This document shows, piece by piece, positions 27,829 through 40,120 of a stretch of 64,000 nucleotides of DNA; the stretch's first letter is position 1; each line of letters begins with the position of its first letter. Source of the DNA: Paragordius varius (lineage: Eukaryota; Animalia; Nematomorpha); the NCBI GenBank assembly GCA_964247055.1, contig OZ176052.1:9734001-9798000 (forward strand), read 5' to 3'. The notes under the pieces were generated by a model, which did no database searches, had not been told where the DNA came from, and saw only the letters and a program-made list of their open reading frames with translations. The translations under genes and the position numbers were made by a program.

Positions 27829-28545
27829 TCTTTATAACAAACAAAAATTAAAATTAAAACCAATAATAATTATGAACAAAACACGGTTATAGCCCCAATT
27901 GCTCAATATTTAAATCATATAAAAAATAATTTTTTAGGGCCATTTAATTAATTATGCAAAATATTTATTTATTTTTGTGATATATATAAATATATATTTA
28001 ATATTTTTTTATACTACATTGCAGCAATCGGCAATCTCTATAATTTTGACTCTTTCTTAACTTATACTAATAATTTATTTATATTAAATAAATATTTGAT
28101 GGGATGATATAGGGTATTTTATATGAGTACCTATAAAATTATTTAAACAGAATTTTTGCAAATAACGTTAAAATGGTGAATAAATTAAATTGTTTTTTTT
28201 CAGATACAATGTTATAAAATTCAACAAGTGTATTTCAAAAGAAGATATGCATAACCTATAATTAGATAAAAACAATTTATTTAATTAAAAGTATACACGG
28301 TATAAAAGTACAAGGTATATGTATATTTAACAAAATTAAAAATAACTATAATATTAAGAAAAATATTTTTTAAAAGATAATAATCCGAAATATATATTAT
28401 GCATTGATGTGAATTACAAGAATAAAAATCAAATTCCAATATGAGTATGAATGAAACTGGACAAATAAAAAAATTGAAAAAAACTTTTTTATAATTACGA
28501 ATTAAGTTCTGGAATTCGAAAAGAAAAACCAAAAATAAAAAAAAT

Positions 28546-31270
28546 TTATTTGACTTGTTTGTAGAAAAGAGTGGTTACATATTTTTTCTTATGTCTGTGC
28601 GTACAACTTAGCACCATTACCCCATCCTAATATGTTAAATAAAATATTACAGTATGAGTAGGTATACATTGCTAAAAAGTTATTAATTATTGCCAAATAG
28701 CATATACAACAAAGGGAAATATTATTGGTTTATATTTATTTTTTCACTTTTTACCATTACAAGACAATAATAATTCTCTTTGTTGCAGATGCTATTTGGC
28801 AATAATTAAAATTTTCTAGCAATATATACTTACTCATACTGTATAATATATATTGCATATAATTAACTTCAAATTTAAACTTTTTTAGAAATGAATATTA
28901 AATGGAAAAATGATCTTTAAATATAAACAATGATTTGAATGGTATATAAATTATAATATGAAAAACAAAACAAAAGTAATTTTTTTATAAGGACAACCAT
29001 ATTTTTTAAACCTTGATTTTTTAATATAAAATCTATATGAATACAATTTTGAAATTATTATTATTTAGCATAACAGTTACATCTCATCATCCCTCGTTTA
29101 GCAACCCAATAATTAAATGTTTAAAATATATGGACTTTAAATAAAGATATAAGAATCTTTTGATTTTTATGTTTTTTTCTTATTTAAAAAAATTTGGTGT
29201 TTTATTCAATTAATCACAAAAATCGCATATAACATATAAGTAAAAAAAACTTTGATAGAAAGGGCATAGAGATGGTTAAGTATTGCACGTGACGAAGGCT
29301 CCGGTAACAATGCCGGTTCATAGTTGTAAGGGACATCGCGATTCAATAAAACCTGTAATTAAAAAAGAGTTAATTAAAAGCTTTACATTAAGTTTTAGGA
29401 AAACTAAGTTAGAATAAAACTCATAAATTATAAAACTATTTGCAAGATAAAATGAGAATTAAATTGGCAACTTTAATATAAAATGAATTTTTATTAATAA
29501 ACAAAAGTGTAAATCATAATTAGAAAATTATTTTTAAAATAGTACATTATTAGGAATTCAATTTACATTTTAATCTGTAATAAGACAAAAACATTTTTTT
29601 TAATATATTTTTTCAATCCCTTAAAATAAGGCCAAAACAAAAATTACAAATTTATTAATTTGATAAATCAACTTACCTGTAGTAACTGGGGTGGAAGACC
29701 AGGTGGGTCAGTTATTGCACTGTTTGTTGATTGTGATTTGCTTGTCTCACTTGATTTTGGAGGTTTCGGTGGTATTTTCTGCCCATAATCCCAAAGCGTA
29801 AAATAGTCGGGAGGGTGTCTATAAACGTATATGGTTTATTTTAAAAATGATTTACTAATAGTCCTAATGGTTTTTTGAATAAAGGGCGTAAACTTAATAA
29901 ACGGCTTATTCATTAAAAGTTTTGCATAATTTCCGGGCTAAATAATGTTTGACAGATTTTAGTTTATAAGTTGACTGAACCAGGGGAAAAACGCTTTTAA
30001 TTTCACACCGCCTTATAATCCCAAGTTTTACTTTGATCCAGATTACAATTATTCAATGTTAACTAAAAAATGGCTAAAATTATATGATAAAAAATTTATA
30101 TTTACTTTTCTTCCAACGATGCGGCTTTAGAATCTTGCTGATTTCCTAACATTTTTCCGGTTGTGGGAGAATCCAAATATGCTAAATTGTTATTAGCCTG
30201 TTTATCTGGAGGATAAATGAAGTAAGATATAAAAAATCCGAAATTGGGCCAAAAATATTAATTAAATCGGATTTGCGCGGGAAACAATATAATCCAATAA
30301 ATAAATGTGTAAAAAATTATTTTTGTGGTAGATTCCATTTTTTATATGATGTATGTGAAAACTTGCGCAATTAATAAATAATTAATATCTATTTAAAAAA
30401 GTTTACATATTAAATAAATTATTTATTGTGCAGGTTATATCCATTAAAATTGCATTAAAAAAAATAAATAAACCTTTACAAATTAAATAATTTAAAACCA
30501 TATTTGTGAAAAATCAAATCTGTTTTTTGTTAAATTTTTTTTATAAAATAAAACAATTACCTGATGATTTATCTTTTGTGTGCCGCAGAGAGGCAATATC
30601 AACAGCTAAAGCATCAAAAACTTCGAAATCGGTTTTATTTATTTCCAAAACATTGTTTTTGGTACCCAAATCATTATCCACGGTCGGCTATTAAAAAACC
30701 AGAATTTTTACAAAAATGAACGATTGATGGAAAAATTTTGGTGTTAGAATTTTGTGTAAATTTTAATTTTACCTGTTCGTCGTCATGAACCCATTTATTG
30801 TCAACAAAAAATTTGTATTGATGTGTCCCTTCTGGTATTTGTAAAATAGTAGTAAAATTGCCATGACTATTAATTAAAACAATTTATTTTATAAAACATA
30901 AATTTAAAATATAATATAGTAATATTTTAACCAACCAAAAACCTTGCAACTAAAGGAATTTTCGTCCTCCAATTATCCCAACTTCCCGAAACATATACAT
31001 TTTTTCCACCCTTGTTCCATCTAAAAACGGAATATATAGATTTATGTTCTTTGGGACCATTGTCTTCTCCGCTAAAAGTACGAGATCTTCGTCTATTTAG
31101 AGCACTCTCGCTTTTTTCATTTTGCTGATAATTAATCAAGATATTATTACCATGCGTTTTAGATTATTAGCAATTTTATCCCTTTCCGCAACAAGTTCAA
31201 TATGTCTCCCTGGTGAAGGAGACGAAGAATCTTCTCCGCTATAAAGGCGTCTCGAGTTTGTAGCACCCAT
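28546..31270 (-). CDS. PRKAB: AMP-activated protein kinase beta subunit
   Basis: Exons 31270-31151, 31124-30943, 30866-30773, 30687-30561, 30205-30106, 29818-29677, 29352-29251, 28626-28546. MG start (myristoylation site), glycogen-binding module (FRWNKGGKNVYVSGSWDNW...HQYKFFVDNKW), C-terminal domain PPGLPPQLLQ|VLLNRD...LNHLYALSIK|DGVMVLSCTHRHKKKYVTTLFYK. Confidence 0.95.
28650..28841. mobile_element. Tc1/mariner-type MITE in the last AMPK beta intron
   Basis: TA|cagtatgagta...tactcatactg|TA with ~60-bp TIRs; half copy at ~5060-5112. Confidence 0.75.
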
Positions 31271-31459
31271 TACTTCAATTAAAAATCATATGCCAAACGT
31301 ATGTTAAAAATCTAGGGACTGAGGCCAATCATGAACATATCCAACAAATGATAAAAAAAGTAAAATTTTTATGGTATATCACACAGTAAAAAATTATTTT
31401 TAACCCTTTTGTCTATTGTAGTTTCCAATCAAAAAGTAGTTAATAAAGACTTGAATACT

Positions 31460-31930
31460 ATGCATTTATTTCAGTCCCTCGATCCAAATAAGGGTTGGTT
31501 CAGGCCGGCCTAAATTTAACAACATAATAGAAATCATTTCAAATTTTTGCACTTGTAATAATAATATTGCGCCAAAATATAAAAAATGATATATAAAAAA
31601 CATATAAACACTTTTTTAATGGGTATTAAAGGTAAAATTTAGCCTACATGATATGTGTGCTTTGATTAAATATAAATATAATGCATATAAACCACTTTTC
31701 TGTTTATATTAATGTTGAATGCAATTTAAATTAAAGAATACCTCTAATTTAAACGTTCAACAAAACACGACATTGCAAATGTGTTTTAAAATATGGCGTC
31801 AAAGTAGTTTGAAATGGGGCTTTTTTCAAAACGAAATTAACACTTCATTACCTATTCACTTTTTTGTTCTAGTTTATATATTGGGGTATTTTATTCCATT
31901 TATATTTGTAATATATTATATTAAAATTTA
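31460..31930. repeat. Copy of a long interspersed repeat also present twice at 51460-52800
   Basis: Shared blocks catttatttcagtccctcgat and aaatatggcgtcaaagtagtttga...ttttcaaaacgaaatt. Confidence 0.6.
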
Positions 31931-33557
31931 AATATCAAAAATTGTTTTCATGTATTAGATAAAATAGCTTTTATTTTTTACAGTTTTGTCACTTTATTCA
32001 AATTTTAATTCGATCTCGGATATTACTATCCCAAAAGGTAATAGAGTGTTAATTTGGATATTTTGATGCAATAATTTTTTCTCCGAAATTCTAAAATATT
32101 TGGAGTCCTTTAAAATGGGCGTGACATAAAATAAACAAAAAAATGCCGAGATTGCGCGATAAAAATTTTAAATGTATGCTAAATTTAACATTAAAAAAAA
32201 TACTCCTTAAAAAATTATGCTCAAAATTTATCGCAGATTGTTGAAGAAAGTTTTATGATATGTTGAGGCGTGATAGAAACGGTAAAAACTAAATAATTTG
32301 TGAAAAAAAATTATGAGATGATGCTGAACATTTTTCGATCACCTCAAATTTTTAATTAAAAAAACATTTGACTTCAAGAACACCATTTAACTTAAATTTG
32401 AAGATTGACGGATATTTTAAGCAAACGAGCTGTAGCAATTATTAACATATTCAAATTTAATGGGAAAAGTGTTTTTATGATTTTATCTAAATACAATACA
32501 AAAAAGTTTCACAATTATTTAACCAAAGAAACATGCCTTACAGTATTAATTAGTTGCTTTACACGAAACAAAATTGTATATTGGGCCGAATATTTTATTA
32601 TAAAATCTTTTTCCATACATGCCGATGCTGCTGAAGATTTCTAATACCTTAAAATAAAATCGATCGTCTTGAAGTTAAAAATTTGGGGTGATGGGTATCT
32701 TTGACACATTTAAATCCAAAAGTGTTTTATCTCAAAAATGAAAATACGCCTCTATAAATTGGCTATATCCTATATATTACAAATTGTTGTGAAAACTCTG
32801 CATTTTTAGTTTTATTCAAGAAAAACTAGCCCATTTTAGATGCCATAAAATTGAAAATTTGGTTAGCTGTATCTACGAATATAATTTTTTTGAATTTTTA
32901 TATATTAACAATATATTAAAGATTAGCTTTTCTCATTTTTTTTGCTACATCTGCACTTGTTTCCGACTTGTCAATATGGGTTAACCAGAGATAGACACAT
33001 CTTCCCTAAATGACTCGACCATAAAAACCATGATGCATTTTTCCATATCAATCAATAAGCGATTAAAAAATGTATGTGTTGCGGTAAATTAAATTTTAGA
33101 AAATAATTGACACCTATAAAAATCATTATACGTAAAAATATTAGGAAACTAAATGTCGCTTTATTTTTATGTGTACCTAATTTTATTGGTATTAAAACAA
33201 ATTGTCCGAGATATGTAAAAGTTAAATCAAACCAAAATTTTTCATTCATAAATCACATGGCTAAAAACCTTTTGAGAGATTCAGCTTTTGTAGTAATGAT
33301 AAAAAATAGTAAAATTTTGACTTCTGCGAAAACTTTTGATTAACGTTAAATCAAAACCAAAAAATAAAATAAAATCGAATTTTTTTCGCTATCTATAAAA
33401 AAAATTTAATTTATAAAATTTACATCATGGGTCAAAATTTTATTAGCATTAAGGGGTACATTTAAAAACGTTAATTGTATATGTTTAAAAAAATATTTTT
33501 TTCAGCCAGCATATTTTTTATCAAACATTTATTAATCCCTTGTTTCAAACTTTAGAC

Positions 33558-33882
33558 CAGGGATGGCCAACATCGGGCCCTCCAAAATATTTCTGCAGCG
33601 CGCGAAAAATATAAATAACAAATAAAGGAAATAATTTTATAAATAAAAAATTTCCCTTTTGCGACAAAGTAAAATTGATATTCTGAATAACTCCTCCCGA
33701 ATTTTGGCAATTTAGCAGAAACTGTTAAAATAAATAGCAGTTATATTGAATTCGTAAATTTTTTACAGTCTTGTATTAGAAATTAAATAAAATATTTAGC
33801 CCATATATTTTGCGAATGTGGCTCGTCGGATTTTTCGAGTCTTAAATGCTGCCCGCGTAACCATTTGTGTTAGACATCCCTG
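33558..33882. mobile_element. hAT-Charlie/Buster-type MITE
   Basis: TIRs cagggatggccaac / gttagacatccctg; ctttagac on both flanks (right copy offset by one base). Confidence 0.8.
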
Positions 33883-33936
33883 CCTTTAGACATTCATTTA
33901 AATAACACCAATTTCGTCAAAAAAACTTATATAAAT

Positions 33937-35566
33937 TTATTGTTGATATAATTTAGCGTATGGATTATCTTCTATCAAATTTTCGCAGGATGTTTCCAAC
34001 TTGTTTGATGTTTTATCATCCTTAGGTTCTGCCATATTTTCTCGCCTTTCGTTAACATTCGGCAATGTATTGGCGTCAAAAGTTTCATTTTCAAAATCAA
34101 ACTTTAATTTAAAAGTGTCGCTTATTTCATCTTCAAAAATGCCAAATGAAGAATTTCCAAGCAGGGCAGGTATGTAGGCAGGAATATTGCCTATATTTTC
34201 CACACTATTAGGTATTACTGTATGTTAAAAACAAAGAAATTTACGAAAAGTATCCCCGTTTCCTAGCAAATCAAATGCATTTGGAAATGACTTGGCAAGG
34301 AATTGGGTATACGATTGTTCTAAATCGAATTTTTTTGCTAACGCCTTTTCCCTGTGTATTTCACGTTGATCTTCCGACAATGTATCATTGTCGATCTAGA
34401 AAAAAGGGAGAGATAAGATTAGAAATTACCAGTGTTTTAACGTATGTTCGCTTATCTGGTAGTTCTGGAAAATATTCTGGTATATAGGGAAATATATCTT
34501 TAGTACCACTTTTTAATGTTTTGGCTTCATTTGGCTTAGCTTGTGTCTGTACTAAATAGGTAAATTAAAAATAATCCATTTTAGAATATTTTTAGGAATA
34601 TCGTAAGAGATTATTAATCAATATATGTCGATTATGAAATAAAATATAAGAATTTATAAAAATAGGATCAAAAAACATTCGATGCTAAATAAAACTATAA
34701 CACATAGTAGGTTCAATAAAAGAAATATTATTTGACATTATTCAATTTTTTTTTTAAATTTTATTCATTCATGGCTTTACAAATAATACTTACTGAAATT
34801 TGAAAGCTTTTCATGTTTGAAGGTTGCCACTAAATATTAGACCTCGACATTACCAAAAGTCTGAATCTATGGAATAAGATGCTTAGTGGCAACCTTTACC
34901 AATAATTAAACTATTTTAAACACGTAAACATTTATTAATATTCAAAGCTTTTGTTGTTGATCGGTGTTAAGAACATGCGCCAATAAAAAAGAAAGAAAAA
35001 AATCAAAAATAACTTCCTCATAATTAGACAATAAGAATGGGCAGTATATTATTGGCAAAGTGCACAAAAAGTGTTATATAACAAGTATTATTGGAAGATT
35101 GAATATGCATTCAAGAACGTAAATGTAAAAAAGGTTTTATTAAATACGACATAAGGTTAAAGTTTTTATATATATTTTATCCATCATATAAACAAATTCT
35201 AAGAAATGGCGTCAAAAATAAAAAGGCATTCAAACAAATTAACTCACAATTTGGTATTTGAATGGTAGGTTGTTGCAGCAAAGACATATTGACCAGACTA
35301 TTTATATCGATACCTAGGATAAAATAAAAATGAATACCCATTTCTACCAAAGCCAAAACAATATCGGACACAAGTGGTTGAGTACGTCCAGCGTGTTCAG
35401 CAAAACGCTTTGATAAGAATCCCAAATCAACAATAAGTGTTTGCAACATTTCTTGACAAATATTAATTAAATTAGAATCAGCTTTGGTAATTTTATTTGC
35501 TAACAAAATATTATTGAGAGCTACACCGAGAACTTTACCATATGAATTATCATTTTCAACGTCCAT
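33937..35566 (-). CDS. TAF8: TFIID subunit 8
   Basis: Exons 35566-35338, 35313-35248, 34551-34430, 34395-34245, 34217-33937. Histone fold ending AEHAGRTQPLVSDIVLALVEMG, then PYIPEYFPELPDKRTYVKT, REKALAKKFDLEQSYTQFLAK and PAYIPALL, matching TAF8 motifs as recalled. Confidence 0.9.
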
Positions 35567-35580
35567 GATTTTACGTATGT

Positions 35581-37249
35581 ATGGAAATACGCCCATATAA
35601 ATCAAAACAACCTAAAATTGTCTCCGATTTATATAATTCTGATTATTCGTTTCGGCAAATTACACATATCGATTGGGATAAATCAGAAAACATACTTACT
35701 TCATGTTTAAATGGAGACATCAGAATACAAAGTCCAACAAATATTTTGTGGGAGAAAAAGATGGAAAAAGGTGTTAAAAAGCCTTTATGGCTAAACCAAA
35801 CAAACATTGTTTCAATAAATTATGGGAACGGTGTGAGCATAGTGGATGTGAGCAAAAGTATTCCTTAATTTTATTAGATATCATGATGGCTAGTTATACA
35901 CCAAGAGATTATGTGACCAGTCTTGTTCTCTATGAATTTAATTATGCAATTTGTGGGTCCAAAAATTATTTGATTTTGATTGATTTACGAACCAATTTAA
36001 ATCCGATAAAAGAATATAGAAAACATGTATTCGGGCAAGTTAATTTATAATCCAAAATAGTCATTAGATACTATTCTTTTACCAAATGAAGCGTTTGTGA
36101 ATTCTGGCGATAATGTATCAAAAAATACCGAGGAAGCAAATTTATTGGTGTGGGATATTCGTACTGGATGCGTGCTGTCCAATCAAATTTACCGTGTAAA
36201 TGGGACTAAATATTGCTAAATCGTTTAAAAATATTAATTCAAATTAAAGGAAATATTATATAAAAGAAAATAAAAATTTATGTTTTATTATCGACTTTAT
36301 ATCTTTTGTTATATTTTATTTAATTCTAAAAAGAGAAAAAATAATGCAACAAAATCATTTTATGGTCATATATTTCGTTTTTTATTAGGAAAAATACACT
36401 TGTCCAAAATTATTGTTGGAACGAAAACAAAATCCATCTCGTTTTTTCGCTCAAACGAATGGGAATTACATTGCATCGTTTTCCACTATGCCTCCATACA
36501 AAATGTATAAGCATTTGTTTCAGGGTGGTCATCTGGTATTATTATTATTATTATTGTTTTAGCGATAATTTTAGCATTTGCTTTTTAATATGGTTGATGA
36601 TTGGTTAATTAATTTTTTTAAGAAATAACATATTCATAATAAATATAATTTATTGAAGAGTGTAAAATTTATTTTTTATGATTTTACATATAACAGAGTT
36701 AACCTACTTAATTACATTTTAAAGTAATATCTGTATTATGCGCAACTCTCGTAGCTTTTTAACTTTAAATAAATATGGGTAAAACTTTATTTTTTTGTTA
36801 CATTAAACACATAACCCCATTTTTTTTATATGCCTCTATCACACAAATATTTACTATTTTAATCCTGTAAATTTGTCTTTCACTATTTTCAAATTTCATT
36901 TTGGCAGGATATGTCAAATAAATAAATATAATATGTCAAAAATTAGGTAATGGGATATTCGATTGGTATGGATCAAACATATGGCGGTAAATACATTTTT
37001 AGTGGTAGCAGTGAGGGAAAATTGTATAAATACAATGCTTACAATGGAAATGTTGCTAAAATTATATTCCCAACAAATTGGGCATTGAAAGGTCCACAAA
37101 ATGGGAACATGGAAAATAATGTTTTATATAATGAAACAGACCTAGCAATTACGGCTTTAGCCATAAATCCATACCATTGTAGCGATAATGGTTCCTCACA
37201 TATTGCTATTGGAACATTAAATGGCCAAATATTTTATGTTACCTTGTAG
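35581..37249 (+). CDS. WDR25: WD-repeat protein 25
   Basis: Exons 35581-35857, 35878-36038, 36061-36195, 36389-36535, 36947-37249. LLVWDIRTGCVLSNQIYR|EKYTCPKL...FFAQTNGNYIASFSTMPPYKM...GHL|VMGYSIG matches the WDR25 C-terminal WD repeats (AQTNGNY, GYSVG) as recalled. Confidence 0.88.
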
Positions 37250-37898
37250 ACCAGGGATGTTTCCAACCAATGTAATAAAAAAGGAAAATATTGTTCGTTC
37301 CCCATAATCCAGAAAATATTTAATTCAGACGTATTGAAGTTTAATTCTTTAGATAGTAAAGACTTAAAAAGATTATCAGTGTGTATTGTGAAGCTATTTA
37401 TGTTGGAAATCCTTGTTATAAACTATTTTTTGTGTTATAGTAATAAACTAATATGCTATGAGTTTATATATATATATATATACTGAAAATATGTTAGCAA
37501 CTGATTTTTATTTTCATTTTTGTTTTATTGCTTTTTATATGACGAAGTTAATGTAAATTAAATGGATTAAAATGATTATTAGTATTAAAGAAATGAGTAG
37601 GCGTTAAAAAAGAAATATTAGTAAAAATGAAAAAAGAAAAAAGGGACATAGTGTACGTGCAAGCATTGCCATGCCCATTAAATACAATTTTTTTCTATGA
37701 GTTAAAGAAAAAAAAGGAAAAGCATTTATTGAGTATGTAGTACCATATCAATACCCTGCCTAGAATGTGCGTGGTAGACTTACTATGTACCTTAATTTTT
37801 TTGTATACCGTAATGAGGGGTGAATGAATGATGTTTTAACAATTATATGTAAAAACGTTATTGTTTTTCATTTCTGATTTTCACTGCTTTTATAAAGT

Positions 37899-39160
37899 TA
37901 CTAGCTGGCCGTGTCACGCTTCGCTGTGACGTAGTCTCACCAATAATTATTCTTAATAATTTGCAATAAATAGAAGTAATGGAAAAAAAATAAAAAACAT
38001 ATTTAATAAAAAGAATGTCTTTAATTATTATTCTTTTACGGGCTTTTGCATAGGCTTAAATATTGTTTACTCGAAATTGACCATATTTAAACTGTCCCTT
38101 ATGAAAGTTAATATTCATCTATCATTAGATCAAATTTAAGATTTTTGTTTTACGAAACTATGGTTAAAAGTGTTATTTTGAAATTGTGTTCACACAGCCG
38201 GGATTAAGGGATATAAAAAGTAAATCATTTGTGGTTCCTTTATAAAGGAAATGATATTATATTAATTCCCCAGAAATCTGTTTGACTGAACTCGTATGGC
38301 TTCTTAAGTTTTTTTGAAAATTAGCTCTAAAACCACGCCATTTTTGTATGGCGTCTCAGTTTTAAACCGGTACATAGACCTATATGGAAAAAGCGCTGAG
38401 TTAAATTCTTTGCCTTTATAGGGCAAATATTTGGAATCATCTTTGATACCATCGTCTCATGGGTTATTCGAAAAAATACCTCAACACTAAATAATCGTTT
38501 AATGGCGTATTATCAGGGCGGCTAATGCGCCTGACCTTAATTTTTACCTAGTTACGGGCAGTATTTCAAGCTTTTAATGAGCTCAAATGGCTTCATAAGT
38601 TTTCTGATTAGCTTCAAAACTACGCAAGGATAAAATATAATTATATAAAAAAAGTTATCATTCGTTTACCTTCTATAATATTAATATTCTGTGATAAAAT
38701 GTTAATGGCTGATATCATTTTTATCAAAACCGAAGCTATATAAACTCATATTTAAATGGAGTGTTTTTAACATGCGACCCTTCGAGACGCCTCGAAAAAT
38801 TTGAAAATCTATAATTTGCAAAATATGCTCTCACCAAATCGTTGTAAAATTTGTATTTCTTAAATAATTTCCTTTTGTCTCTATCTAAATGGTACTATAA
38901 ACTAGAAAAAAGTGTTATATTGTGTTTGCATTTTACAGTCATATGTTCGAAATCTAATAGATATTTTAAAATGTCCATATATATTTTCAAATATGGCCCC
39001 TCGAAGCCACTTGTGTTAAATACTCCAGATTTAAAATTTAAGACAATAGCAAAAATTAAAAAAACAAATGGCCTTATGGGCGATATTAAACTTGCCATTA
39101 ATTTTATCTTATTATGGTTACAATTACATATTATTTATCAAATTTTTAAAAGTTATTTTT
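37899..39160 (+). mobile_element. Helitron/DINE-like non-autonomous element with internal direct and inverted repeats
   Basis: 5' end tactagctggccgtgtcacgcttcgctgtgac (ACTAG start plus hairpin); diverged direct repeats at ~38285 and ~38577; inverted pair ~38752-38790 / ~38995-39033. 3' boundary uncertain. Confidence 0.45.
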
Positions 39161-39648
39161 GAATGCATTTATTGAAAAGTATTTCTATATAATAAACAGT
39201 TTGTCTCAATTATATTAGGAAATATATGCTTACTTTTAGCTCTTTTGCTATCTAATATTTGTGCATTTTATTTTGTTAGTATAACTCAGTTATGATATTA
39301 TATTTTAGGACATATAACGGTGTGACAGTGTTATAATAAAATGCAAATATTGACATTCGAAAGACTTGTATTACGCACAAGGTTCTATAATAATATTACA
39401 AATTATATTATTATTGGTTAATATTTGCAAGGTAAAAAACAAAAAACATGGTATTTTATAATGTAACGTCATATAATGACTTAAAGCGGGCCAAATTTCA
39501 ATAATATTTATTTTATACCCGTTTTACACTATCAAACATGCCAAAAATGATGTAAATATTTTTAAAAAAAATTGTATAAAAACAACCAACAAAAAAGCTA
39601 AATTATAATATATAATTTTCTGTTTCATCGTCTCTTTTTACTAAAATC

Positions 39649-40079
39649 ATGTTATTGCCATTCATTTTCATCCTATTTAGTTGCCATAATATATTAGCTC
39701 AAGAAGTACCTGTTCGCAAAGATCTTAGCGTTTGGTTTGGCACAAAATTCTATAATCAATTGGTAGACGAGTTCAATGGGAAAGTCAACATTATTGTCGA
39801 ATTTGCTTATCAAACATTTTCCTACATGAACGTAAACTATACCCAATTTATTGATCAAGGAATTACACCCAAACTAAACCTGGTTGAGGGCCCTTATTCC
39901 GTGATTCAAAATGGCATCGTTATAAGACAGGGAAATATAACTCTGGATGGTAAATATATTAAATTCATTTCAAATGAAAATTACAGTAGTATAATTAACT
40001 TAGTTAGGGGTGTCCAACACAAATGGCTTCGCGGGCCAAATTGAACAATAAGGGTAATATCTGGTGTATATTTATATAA

Positions 40080-40120
<41 letters not shown>

